Positions 1-7,694 of a stretch of 64,000 bases of DNA are shown one piece after another. Where the stretch lies: the NCBI GenBank assembly GCA_945862365.1, contig CAMAXK010000005.1, positions 813 to 64,812 of the forward strand. Reading direction: 5' to 3'. How positions within the stretch are numbered: position 1 is the first letter of the stretch; each line of letters starts with the position of its first letter. The stretch comes from Chlamydia trachomatis (GTDB taxonomy: Bacteria > Chlamydiota > Chlamydiia > Chlamydiales > 2-12-FULL-49-11). The notes under the pieces were generated by a model that did no database searches, was not told where the DNA came from, and worked only from the letters and a program-made list of their open reading frames with translations. The translations under genes were made by a program, and so were the position numbers.

Positions 1-478
1 AAAATGGAGACTGAGCGATAAAGCCACCAAACATACCCGTAGTAATGACAAGGGCGATAATCAGCGATTGCTTTGCAGGTGAAAACCACTTTGTAACCAG
101 CATAATGCAGCTTAAAAAGCAAAATGCATTACCAATCCCTGATAAAAAATGAAATAAGCAGGCTAAAGGAAAGTTTGGAGAAAGCGCAAAGCCAAAAGTT
201 CCAATCACGCAAAGGATCATTGCAAAAAGAATGACTTTTCTTGTAGATACTTTATCTAAAATAATTCCTGCAGGAATTAAAAAAATTACATCGGCAAGAA
301 GGTAGGTGGAGCTTAAGAGGCCGAAATTTGCAGCATTAAGTTGAAAATCCTTCATAAGCATAGGGGCTATTGCATTCATCATGTGAAGCTGCATTAATTC
401 AAAAGCAAAAAACAAAGCTGCAGTAAAACAGACAATATAAGGGCTGATTTTTGGAAATTTCTTTAACAAGACAGACAT
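1..478 (-). CDS. MFS-type transporter, N-terminal part only (gene runs off the left window edge)
   Basis: The reverse-complement ATG at 478-476 opens a frame reading MSVLLKKFPKISPYIVCFTAALFFAFELMQL... It has successive hydrophobic helices and an MFS-like loop (LDKVSTRKV). It is not in the ORF track because it is truncated. Confidence 0.65.
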   Translation of the reverse strand, partial: MSVLLKKFPKISPYIVCFTAALFFAFELMQLHMMNAIAPMLMKDFQLNAANFGLLSSTYLLADVIFLIPAGIILDKVSTRKVILFAMILCVIGTFGFALSPNFPLACLFHFLSGIGNAFCFLSCIMLVTKWFSPAKQSLIIALVITTGMFGGFIAQSPF

Positions 479-486
479 TTGCTCTC

Positions 487-1098
487 CTAGTTTTGACTGA
501 TAAGGTTATCTCTTCTAAGAGAAGGGATGTGTTGTTTGTAACATTTCATGCATTTAGAGATATAACTTTCATTGCCACCAATTTGTACCTGATTACCCTC
601 AGTGGCTGCATTTCCATCTGGATTAATACGTAAATTCATAGTTGCTTTTTTCCCACAATCACAAATAGTTTTAATTTCATGTAGCTCTTCTGCCAAGGCA
701 AGTAAATATTTACTTCCTTCAAACGGTTCCCCTAAAAAATCGGTCCGAAGGCCGTAGCAAAGAACAGCAATATTTAATGTAGATGCAATATCTGTAAGCT
801 CAATTACTTGGTTTTTCGATAAAAATTGACACTCATCGATTAATATACATCGAAGATTGGCCATACTTTTCTTCTTTTTTTGTATAAAATCAAAAAAATT
901 AAACTCAAGATCAAAAGGGATTGCTTCTTTCATTAGTCCAATTCGTGAATGAATGACGGCATTGCCTGCCCGGGTGTCTATTTTTGATGAAAAAAGAAGG
1001 GTTTGCATCCCTCTTTCTAGGTAGTTGTAGCTTGCTTGTAATAAAGTAGTGCTTTTTCCTGCATTCATCGCAGAGTAGTAAAAATAGACTTTTGCCAT
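487..1098 (-). CDS. tdk: thymidine kinase
   Basis: It has a P-loop (YYSAMNAGKSTTLL), an IDECQF motif and a C-terminal zinc ribbon (CDCGKKA...CMKC). I chose the internal ATG (MAKVYF...) at 1098 because the 5' extension to 1167 has no homology. Confidence 0.85.
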   Translation of the reverse strand: MAKVYFYYSAMNAGKSTTLLQASYNYLERGMQTLLFSSKIDTRAGNAVIHSRIGLMKEAIPFDLEFNFFDFIQKKKKSMANLRCILIDECQFLSKNQVIELTDIASTLNIAVLCYGLRTDFLGEPFEGSKYLLALAEELHEIKTICDCGKKATMNLRINPDGNAATEGNQVQIGGNESYISKCMKCYKQHIPSLRRDNLISQN

Positions 1099-1215
1099 AA
1101 GTACCTTCAGTAGGGAGTTTTGCCAAGCATAAAGAAATAGGGGATGTTTAGCAAGAAAAAGAGGCAAATTTTAAGTGAATGCTAAGGTATCTATGATAAA
1201 TTAGAAATACATATA

Positions 1216-1420
1216 AAACCACCCGCAAGCAAGGCTTGCTTGAGAGCACAGAGATCGCAAAGGAAAATACACTTATTTCTAAACTGTTTATAATTACAAA
1301 GGTTTTCCATATTTTTATTAACATGGATATAAGAATGTAAGGATAATTAATGTAAATGATCGCTTAATTAGAACTTTGTGGGCTTTGTGCTCTCTAGTGA
1401 GCAAAGCGAGCGGGTGGTTT
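1216..1420. repeat. MITE-like inverted-repeat element (about 47-nt arms at 1216-1262 and 1374-1420)
   Basis: The left arm starts aaaccacccgc and the right arm ends gcgggtggttt, giving perfect 11-nt termini. An internal gagagcaca block is also shared. The AT-rich, non-coding core is about 110 nt. A third arm copy sits at 15958-16008. Confidence 0.5.
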
Positions 1421-1442
1421 AATATCTGCTAGTATTGGCTTT

Positions 1443-2117
1443 TTAATTAAAAACCTTGCATGCGCAAAGGGAGGTAATAGTTTTGGCTATTTCAAGATCT
1501 AATGAACTTGTAATTTTTATATTACTCTCATTTCCAGATACATAGCTTAAGTCATGAGCTGCATCAAGCATTAATGAGCAGTCATCGGTGTACTCTTTGG
1601 CTGTTTCTTGATGAGCTTGTAGTAGCTTTTTATAGGAAAAACTTTGTGGTGTTTGACCCCTTAAAAAATCACTTCTAGGAGGGATGGAAGTAATTTTCCC
1701 ATCATTTAAAACATTTATCGTGTCACTGCTTGGAATACAAGTGTTTACGTTTTCAAAACCAGCTAAAAGCTTATCTACATGTAATTGCAAAAGCTCTTTT
1801 GTGAGAAATGGCCTTACTCCATCATGGATCAATACATGGGTAGGATTTTTACACTTATTAAGGGCAAGGTGTACTGATTTTTGGCGACTACTTCCCCCTA
1901 AAATAATTTTACATTCAGGATGAGAGTCTAAGTAGGGGGTAAACTCAGGCTGAATCACCAGCAGTATTTCATGAAAAAAACCAGAGGAATAAAGGGTATC
2001 TAAGGCATAGCGGTACACTTTTTTCCCTAAAAGGTCTTGAAATTGTTTAGGTAAAGAAGAGCCAAACCGTAATCCAGAGCCAGCTAAAAGTAATATTGCT
2101 GAAAGTTTCATAAACAT
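1443..2117 (-). CDS. ispD: 2-C-methyl-D-erythritol 4-phosphate cytidylyltransferase
   Basis: The N-terminal motif is AILLLAGSGLRFGSSLPKQF, with HDGVRPF and a typical length of about 224 aa. Confidence 0.85.
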   Translation of the reverse strand: MFMKLSAILLLAGSGLRFGSSLPKQFQDLLGKKVYRYALDTLYSSGFFHEILLVIQPEFTPYLDSHPECKIILGGSSRQKSVHLALNKCKNPTHVLIHDGVRPFLTKELLQLHVDKLLAGFENVNTCIPSSDTINVLNDGKITSIPPRSDFLRGQTPQSFSYKKLLQAHQETAKEYTDDCSLMLDAAHDLSYVSGNESNIKITSSLDLEIAKTITSLCACKVFN

Positions 2118-2123
2118 ACTTTA

Positions 2124-3170
2124 TCAGGTATTAAGCTTTATGTCGTTTAATTTCTCTTTGAAAAAGCACGCCCTTTTTTGATTGACCGAAAGGGATTTAT
2201 CAGGAGAGTAAGTTTCTAAATGGGCACGCCTTAGATCAAAAAATAGATCAAAGTAAAATGTTTTTCTTTCACTTTCTACTAAATTTAAAGAGATACCTAG
2301 ATCAATGGCACTTGCAATCATTAAGGCCTCATGTAATTGCAGTTCTTTAGAAAAAAGGGCAGAACCAAATTTTTTGGATAGATCATTAACAAATTTTTTT
2401 TCAGGATCTTCTAAAAGAGTTTTTTTTGCCGTCAATTCAGCTTCAAAGATTTTATCGGCTATTTCATCCACTTGGTTAATGATATTTTTCTCACTTACCC
2501 CTAAGCAATATTTATTAGTGATAATAATTAAGTTATTAAGAGCCTCTTTTTCAGCATTTAAGCCATGAATCAGCACTTTACTGTGGTCGCTTATGGTTGC
2601 ACCTAATAGGTTTAAAGCAGGGGCATGAATGATTGCTTCTTTGGATAGTCCAGTTCCTAAATAGACAGCAGAAGTGGTTAGATAGCCAAATAGGTCTGAA
2701 TAGGCAAAGGGGATAGTTTTTTGCAATTCTTGATCAATGTAGGTGATTTTCTGCAGAATTTCTTCAGAAGCCCTTGTGGTTTCGTGAAAAAAAAGAGTAA
2801 GATGATCTTCTAAATGTATGATAGCAATAATGTTGCTTTTAAGATCAATAAATATGCCCCCTTCAGGATGGATGGTTTCTCTACCGGCAAGATAAAGATG
2901 TTCAAAGATAAGGTGGTGTTCATGATCGTTAATGTCTTTACTATAAAAGAATTCCCCCGTTGGAAATAGATGAAAAAGCTCGGTGACTAACTTTTTGCAA
3001 ACATCGACTGCTTCAGCTTTTGAAATTTTTTCTGAAAATGTAAATCCTGCAATATTTCTGTGTAAAGTGTATCTATTTAATGGATAAGAGGGGTTTGAGC
3101 TATTAACCCATGGAGAAAACTCTTTCAGCATAGCTGTAAGTGTAAGAGGGGGCTTATTTGGTGCCTGCAT
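2124..3170 (-). CDS. mcsB: protein arginine kinase (ATP:guanido phosphotransferase)
   Basis: It carries LEDHLTLF and GTGLS motifs and lies downstream of the mcsA-like gene. I chose the start at internal Met27 (MQAPNKPP). A start at 3131 is also possible. Confidence 0.8.
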   Translation of the reverse strand: MQAPNKPPLTLTAMLKEFSPWVNSSNPSYPLNRYTLHRNIAGFTFSEKISKAEAVDVCKKLVTELFHLFPTGEFFYSKDINDHEHHLIFEHLYLAGRETIHPEGGIFIDLKSNIIAIIHLEDHLTLFFHETTRASEEILQKITYIDQELQKTIPFAYSDLFGYLTTSAVYLGTGLSKEAIIHAPALNLLGATISDHSKVLIHGLNAEKEALNNLIIITNKYCLGVSEKNIINQVDEIADKIFEAELTAKKTLLEDPEKKFVNDLSKKFGSALFSKELQLHEALMIASAIDLGISLNLVESERKTFYFDLFFDLRRAHLETYSPDKSLSVNQKRACFFKEKLNDIKLNT

Positions 3171-3672
3171 TTGGATTCTCCAAGTATTTTTGAATTTGAT
3201 CACGAATATCAGCCGCTTCTTCAAAATGCTCAGATTGAACAGCTTCATTTAAAGCAAGATGTAAAGTTTCCATCGTCTTAGAAAAACCCTGAAAAGCATG
3301 AGCTTTTGGAATATTGCCAAAATGAAACCCACCGCCGAGCTCTTTATTTTGTACATTTTGAGGGATTAAATCTAACGATCTAATCTCCTCAGAGATAATA
3401 TCTTTGAACGTTTCGGCGCAAGTATCACATCCTAAAGTTAATGTGATAGTAAACTCCTCTTTACTTTGTCCACAAACAGGACAATTGGACTTTTCATCTT
3501 TAAAAATCGAGGGATTACTTAGCTTCACCGGCTCTGTTTGGTGAAGCTTAGCCTTTAATAATGGGCAGCTTTTGCACATAGAGTAGCTTTGTATGCTTCC
3601 ATCTTTCATCTCTTTGTAATTAATGCAACCTTCTCTTTTGCACTTGTTACATTCAATCGGTTTATCAGCCAT
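3154..3672 (-). CDS. mcsA: McsA-like activator (Cys-rich zinc-finger region plus UVR motif)
   Basis: It has several CxxC pairs (CNKCKREGC, CKSC, CPVC, CDTC) and a C-terminal UVR-like motif (FEEAADIRDQIQ). The ATG at 3672 is preceded by a Shine-Dalgarno (SD) sequence, aaggggg. Confidence 0.65.
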   Translation of the reverse strand: MADKPIECNKCKREGCINYKEMKDGSIQSYSMCKSCPLLKAKLHQTEPVKLSNPSIFKDEKSNCPVCGQSKEEFTITLTLGCDTCAETFKDIISEEIRSLDLIPQNVQNKELGGGFHFGNIPKAHAFQGFSKTMETLHLALNEAVQSEHFEEAADIRDQIQKYLENPNAGTK

Positions 3673-3808
3673 TTTCTTCCCCCTTACTTTCATTAAAGAT
3701 ATTCAGCGGCTACTTTTTTGCAAGAAGATAACTTTTTATTTGTATTTATTTATTAAATCATGATTGTAAAGATTAATAGTACTTTTAAATATAATAAGGA
3801 GAAAAAAC

Positions 3809-4237
3809 ATGAAAAATATTAAGAATTTTAAAATCAAAAAATATGCCTTTTACACTCTTGGGGTTGGATTGCTCCTATTGGGTGCAACAAATGCGGCAAC
3901 ACCTTCACAAAGACAGATGGTCAAAACTCCAAGTGAGACAACTGATTCTAAGCCGTCTAAGACAGCTTTAGAAAATTCTCAGCAAAATGCAGAAGATGCA
4001 AAAGCACATAGTAAAACTGTTAAGTCATTAAGCCCAAAAAATCAAGATACGTTTCATACGCTACCAAAATCTGATCAAAAACGTGTAGTTAAAGCTCAGC
4101 AAAAAAATGGAACTGGACATAAAGAGATTCAAAACATTTTAAGTGAAGATACTGCTAATCAGAAGAAATCAGCAAGTGATTCAAGTGCTTCTCCTGCCCA
4201 AAAATCTATGAGCAAAAGTGGAATGAACAATGGTTAA
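3809..4237 (+). CDS. secreted low-complexity (K/Q/S-rich) protein, paralog of the next gene
   Basis: It has an N-terminal signal peptide (FYTLGVGLLLLGATNA) and a ggag SD. It shares a SLSPxxQxxF...DQ(K/R)..V...QK...I..IL motif with the product of 4230-5000. Confidence 0.5.
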   Translation: MKNIKNFKIKKYAFYTLGVGLLLLGATNAATPSQRQMVKTPSETTDSKPSKTALENSQQNAEDAKAHSKTVKSLSPKNQDTFHTLPKSDQKRVVKAQQKNGTGHKEIQNILSEDTANQKKSASDSSASPAQKSMSKSGMNNG

Positions 4238-5000
4238 GTATTTAATGATGTCTTTTTGTGTGATTGGGGCTTTATTTGGAGCTACGGGGGATACTACTTC
4301 CCCCGATATTTCTGGACAGTCTCCTATGCATAAGTTACAGCAAAGACATCCTGATAAACTTCCTGATTCGCAAAGACATGTGATGTACAGTCTTTCCCCA
4401 ACATATCAAAGAATCTTCATGTATGCACTTACAGATGATCAAAGAGATGATGTGGCGATGTATGAACAAAAAGGTCAAAACCCTTACACTGCTATTGATC
4501 GTATTTTACGTAGGGATAGAGAGCTTACAGATAGATATTTAACCCGCAATAATTGCTCTCCTTGCCAAAGAACAAGATTTGCAGGACAAAGAAATCGATA
4601 TATTAATTCTGGGCAAGAGACGGTGTTAGATGCCGATGAAGATCAAGTACTTGCTGTTAATCCAGAAGATGATGTGGAAATGTACGATGAATCTGATCAG
4701 GGAACTGTTTCAGATCAGAAAATGGATTATTCAAATAAAGTAAATAAAGTAGATGCGACTGTAAAGAGCAGCCCGACTAAAAAACAGATGACAAGCCCTG
4801 TCAAAAAAGCTTGCACAAGTTGTGGAAAGAGAACCTGCTGCAGTAGAAAAACCTGTAGCGGCCCTAAAAAATCATTCTTTTCTAGATGTAAAGAGTACTT
4901 TTACAAAGAAGAAAAAGTGCAAACGTGTAGAAAGTATCAATACGTTGACCCTAATGCAGAAAAAAGACGTCAAAGATCACAACAGGTACGTCAGTATTAA
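4230..5000 (+). CDS. secreted protein with a Cys/Lys-rich C-terminus, paralog of the previous gene
   Basis: It has a signal peptide (MMSFCVIGALFGATG) and overlaps the upstream gene by 8 nt. The C-terminal cluster reads CTSCGKRTCCSRKTCSGPKK. Confidence 0.5.
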   Translation: MVKYLMMSFCVIGALFGATGDTTSPDISGQSPMHKLQQRHPDKLPDSQRHVMYSLSPTYQRIFMYALTDDQRDDVAMYEQKGQNPYTAIDRILRRDRELTDRYLTRNNCSPCQRTRFAGQRNRYINSGQETVLDADEDQVLAVNPEDDVEMYDESDQGTVSDQKMDYSNKVNKVDATVKSSPTKKQMTSPVKKACTSCGKRTCCSRKTCSGPKKSFFSRCKEYFYKEEKVQTCRKYQYVDPNAEKRRQRSQQVRQY

Positions 5001-5001
5001 A

Positions 5002-5883
5002 TTATCCATTGATAGGATAGGTGAAAAAGAAGAAGTGGATTACGTTGACCCCAAAATGGGTGATCATTGCACTTTCTACTGATTTTGAAAATTGATAAAT
5101 CGTTCCATATAAAACAGATCCGATAAATGCCGCGATGATGTAGGAAAGATTGGAGATGAAGAAGATGTGGATGAGTGCAAAAAGTGATGAAACTACAAGA
5201 ATTGCTAAAATAGGTCCTGCTTTATTAGGTAAATTCTTTGTAATTTCATTTTGTAAAAACCCTCTGTAGAAAGCCTCTTCTGGAATCACTACGAAAAATA
5301 GATTAACAATCAGAAAGATAATAGTTGAAGATGGAATCTTTATGTCTAATGCTAAAAGGTTTGTCGATAGGCTGTAGGCAATTAATATAAAGGCTGAAAA
5401 GGCGAGCCAGGGGATAGAAATTAAGAAAGTATGTTTCCAATCTTCTTTTGTTTTTACAAGCGGCACCCAGAGACCAAGAAGTAAAACGGCAAGGCTGAGC
5501 TTATCGAAATTTAAGTACAAATTAATTGCAGTGGTGGATGATCCAATGGTTTGATTACTTAAAAGGAGAAAATTGTTAAATCCTACAATCATATGAGTCA
5601 TCATCCCCACTCCCACAATAGCAAGAGTTAAAGAGGAAAATAGATGCAAAAATCTTTTTGTAGGTAATTTGAGTCCAACTATGCATAAGAGAAGAATGAC
5701 TAGTGGAAAAAGAGATAAGTAACTAACAATTTGTCCCATATAAGCAAGGGCATAGGCAATCACATATAAAGGAGCAAATATAAAGTACTTTTTAAATACC
5801 CAGCATGAAAATAGAGCCGCTAGGAGACTGAAATAAGCACCTATAATATAGGGATTTTGAAATAAAGAAGAAATCAAACTCAT
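5002..5883 (-). CDS. CPBP-family intramembrane glutamic endopeptidase (CAAX protease-like)
   Basis: It is a multi-pass membrane protein carrying EEAFYRGF (EExxxR), FALIH (FxxxH) and HFGVN (HxxxN) motifs. Confidence 0.7.
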   Translation of the reverse strand: MSLISSLFQNPYIIGAYFSLLAALFSCWVFKKYFIFAPLYVIAYALAYMGQIVSYLSLFPLVILLLCIVGLKLPTKRFLHLFSSLTLAIVGVGMMTHMIVGFNNFLLLSNQTIGSSTTAINLYLNFDKLSLAVLLLGLWVPLVKTKEDWKHTFLISIPWLAFSAFILIAYSLSTNLLALDIKIPSSTIIFLIVNLFFVVIPEEAFYRGFLQNEITKNLPNKAGPILAILVVSSLFALIHIFFISNLSYIIAAFIGSVLYGTIYQFSKSVESAMITHFGVNVIHFFFFTYPING

Positions 5884-5906
5884 AAATCAAACTATATTTG
5901 TTAAAT

Positions 5907-6869
5907 TCATTTATCACAAACAGAAAGATGCTTATGAATTTTATGAATTAACTGATCTACATGAAACTTATGGCTAAATTTATCAGACAGATCCGACCTA
6001 CTAAAGGAGATGATTGCCTCAATGTATTTATTATAAGTAGTTTCATCCATTGATTCAATGTACTGATGAACCGCTTTTATAGTTTTGAAGGATCTTGCAT
6101 CGATAAAAGTTTCTTTGGGAATATAGTCGGTAATGCGGCTTGATCCTAAATAGATTGGAACGCATAGGTCGTTAAAGGCATCAAAGATCTTTTCAGAAAT
6201 ATAATGGTAGGGGTTATCCCAATTTTCAAAGCAGTAGATAAATTTATGAGCGCGCAATACAGCCCCTTTATCGGGAGCCTCTCCTTTAAAAACCGGGGCA
6301 TAGCCAACCTTCCAGCCTCTTTGTCCATACAAAGAAAAATCATTAGGATGGTAACTTTTATAGAATTTCACCACATTGTGTCGAATCGAATAAAGCTCAT
6401 GAGGATATGGTTTTGATAAGAAAGAACTTACTATACAAGCAAGTTTTCTTTCGTGAAAAGGAAGTAGAACCGGCTGTATATCGTGTTTGACATGACCACA
6501 AGGATAGTAAAACTTTTCAAAATTTTTACCATTGTAAATATCATGGTTCCAAGAAAATACACATAAATACTTTGACATTTCTTTTAAGTCGGCATGAGCT
6601 GAAACAATGACAGGTGGCTCAAAGCAAGAAATAATCGTTTTGGCTTTATAAGGGGCTAGAAAATACTTTACATTAGCTGAGATAAGAAGATCAAAAGAGG
6701 CTAAATTATCCCCTTTCCATGCTAAAGAGACGCTATGTCCTAAAGGCTCAAATTCTTTACGTAATTCCTCGACACAATAGGGAGCATCTTTACACCATCC
6801 AACCACCCCAATTTTTGCAGAAAATAGCGATGAAGAGATGATAATAAAAATAGCTATCGGCTTAAACAT
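5907..6869 (-). CDS. GT10-family alpha-1,3/4-fucosyltransferase-like glycosyltransferase with an N-terminal signal anchor
   Basis: The block HKFIYCFENWDNPYHYISEKIFDAFNDLCVPIYLGS matches the GT10 signature (CFENS..GY.TEKI.DA....IPIY.GS). I moved the start to the ATG at 6869 (MFKPIAIFIIISS), which has an aagggg SD. The longer track ORF would overlap the divergent rmlC-like gene. Confidence 0.7.
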   Translation of the reverse strand: MFKPIAIFIIISSSLFSAKIGVVGWCKDAPYCVEELRKEFEPLGHSVSLAWKGDNLASFDLLISANVKYFLAPYKAKTIISCFEPPVIVSAHADLKEMSKYLCVFSWNHDIYNGKNFEKFYYPCGHVKHDIQPVLLPFHERKLACIVSSFLSKPYPHELYSIRHNVVKFYKSYHPNDFSLYGQRGWKVGYAPVFKGEAPDKGAVLRAHKFIYCFENWDNPYHYISEKIFDAFNDLCVPIYLGSSRITDYIPKETFIDARSFKTIKAVHQYIESMDETTYNKYIEAIISFSRSDLSDKFSHKFHVDQLIHKIHKHLSVCDK

Positions 6870-6989
6870 TTTAACCCCTTTGAGATAGTTGTCTAAGTAT
6901 AAATAGCATGTAGATTTTTTCACACAAAAATTGTTGAAAGAGAGGAAAAAGAGTTGGAAAAATAGATGGGTTTTGTATGGTTGGGGGAT

Positions 6990-7475
6990 ATGGAAGAGCC
7001 GCTTATTGAAGATGCCAAGGTTTTTGAGGACGAAAGGGGATATTTTCACCCTTTTGTGAATGATTCTGCTATTGAGATTGCGCAGGTAAATCATTTATTT
7101 TCAGTACAAAACATATTACGAGGAATGCATTTTCAAGCAGGGCAGGCAAAGTTTATCTATTGTCCTATCGGGGAAATTTTTTATGTCATCGTTGATATGA
7201 GAAAGGAAAGTCCCACTTATAAAAAGTGGCACGGATTCACCCTTTCTGGAAAAAATCGTAAAAAGCTTTTCGTACCAGAGGGTTATGCTCATGGCTTTTA
7301 TGTTGCATCTCCAACAGCCCACCTCATTTATGCAGTGTCAAAGAAGGATAATCCTAAAAAGGAGTCAAATTTTGATGCTTTTGATAAAGAAATTGGCATA
7401 AAATGGCCATGTGAGAGCCCTATTTTATCCCCAAGTGATAAAAAAGCAGCTTCCTTTAGTAGACCTCTTTCGTAA
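6990..7475 (+). CDS. rmlC: dTDP-4-dehydrorhamnose 3,5-epimerase-like cupin
   Basis: It has FEDERGYF, LRGMHFQ and PEGYAHGF motifs. It is short, at about 161 aa. Confidence 0.7.
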   Translation: MEEPLIEDAKVFEDERGYFHPFVNDSAIEIAQVNHLFSVQNILRGMHFQAGQAKFIYCPIGEIFYVIVDMRKESPTYKKWHGFTLSGKNRKKLFVPEGYAHGFYVASPTAHLIYAVSKKDNPKKESNFDAFDKEIGIKWPCESPILSPSDKKAASFSRPLS

Positions 7476-7623
7476 TTAGCTTTACATGAAAAAATTGGTA
7501 TTTTTTGAGCAGGTTTATGGATATATTTTGAGAGCATATGTGAACATATGGTCGAAAAATGTAACCATAAAGATGCCAAAACAGGCGATTTTAGCGTGCA
7601 AATGTAATTTCGAAAGAGGTCTA
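7460..7623. repeat. 164-nt imperfect long palindrome between the rmlC-like gene and kdsB
   Basis: The outer arms at 7460-7486 and 7597-7623 match at 23 of 27 positions as an inverted repeat, with a perfect core tagacctctttcg/cgaaagaggtcta. The central hairpin catatgt-ga-acatatg (7535-7550) shares the same symmetry centre. Partial complementarity runs between the two. Confidence 0.45.
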
Positions 7624-7694
7624 AGGGTTGAGCACTCGATTTTTAATGGGTTGATAGGGTATGATGGAAGCTTAAAGTTTTTGGAGCAAAAAAC

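Noticed and set aside
911-1126. Short antisense or alternative-frame ORFs lie inside well-supported genes. Examples are 911-1126, 1684-1923, 2305-2568, 6146-6343, 6204-6416, 7787-8122, 9859-10092, 10897-11166, 15231-15422, 16193-16538, 18087-18284, 18669-19406, 22194-23090, 27230-28825, 34411-34650, 35993-36235, 36873-37073, 44933-46315, 47453-47671, 49386-49781, 51081-51275, 55123-55425, 55968-56210, 61400-61870 and 62970-63182.
   Set aside because: Each is fully embedded in a longer ORF that has strong family motifs. None has a recognisable motif or ribosome-binding site. They are typical shadow ORFs of AT-rich DNA.
4822-5082. An 86-aa plus-strand ORF overlaps the end of 4230-5000 and the CPBP protease gene.
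   Set aside because: It is an out-of-frame overlap with two better-supported genes and has no motif.
6870-7094. The ORF track gives long 5' extensions for several genes. Examples are the GT10-like gene to 7094, fusA to 46750, sctJ to 23152, glgP from 30958, tsp from 47850, mcsB to 3248, tdk to 1167 and the permease to 63463.
   Set aside because: The extensions carry no homology and often begin at TTG or GTG. They overlap neighbouring genes or promoters. The internal ATGs line up with the conserved N-termini or signal peptides and with SD-like sequences.
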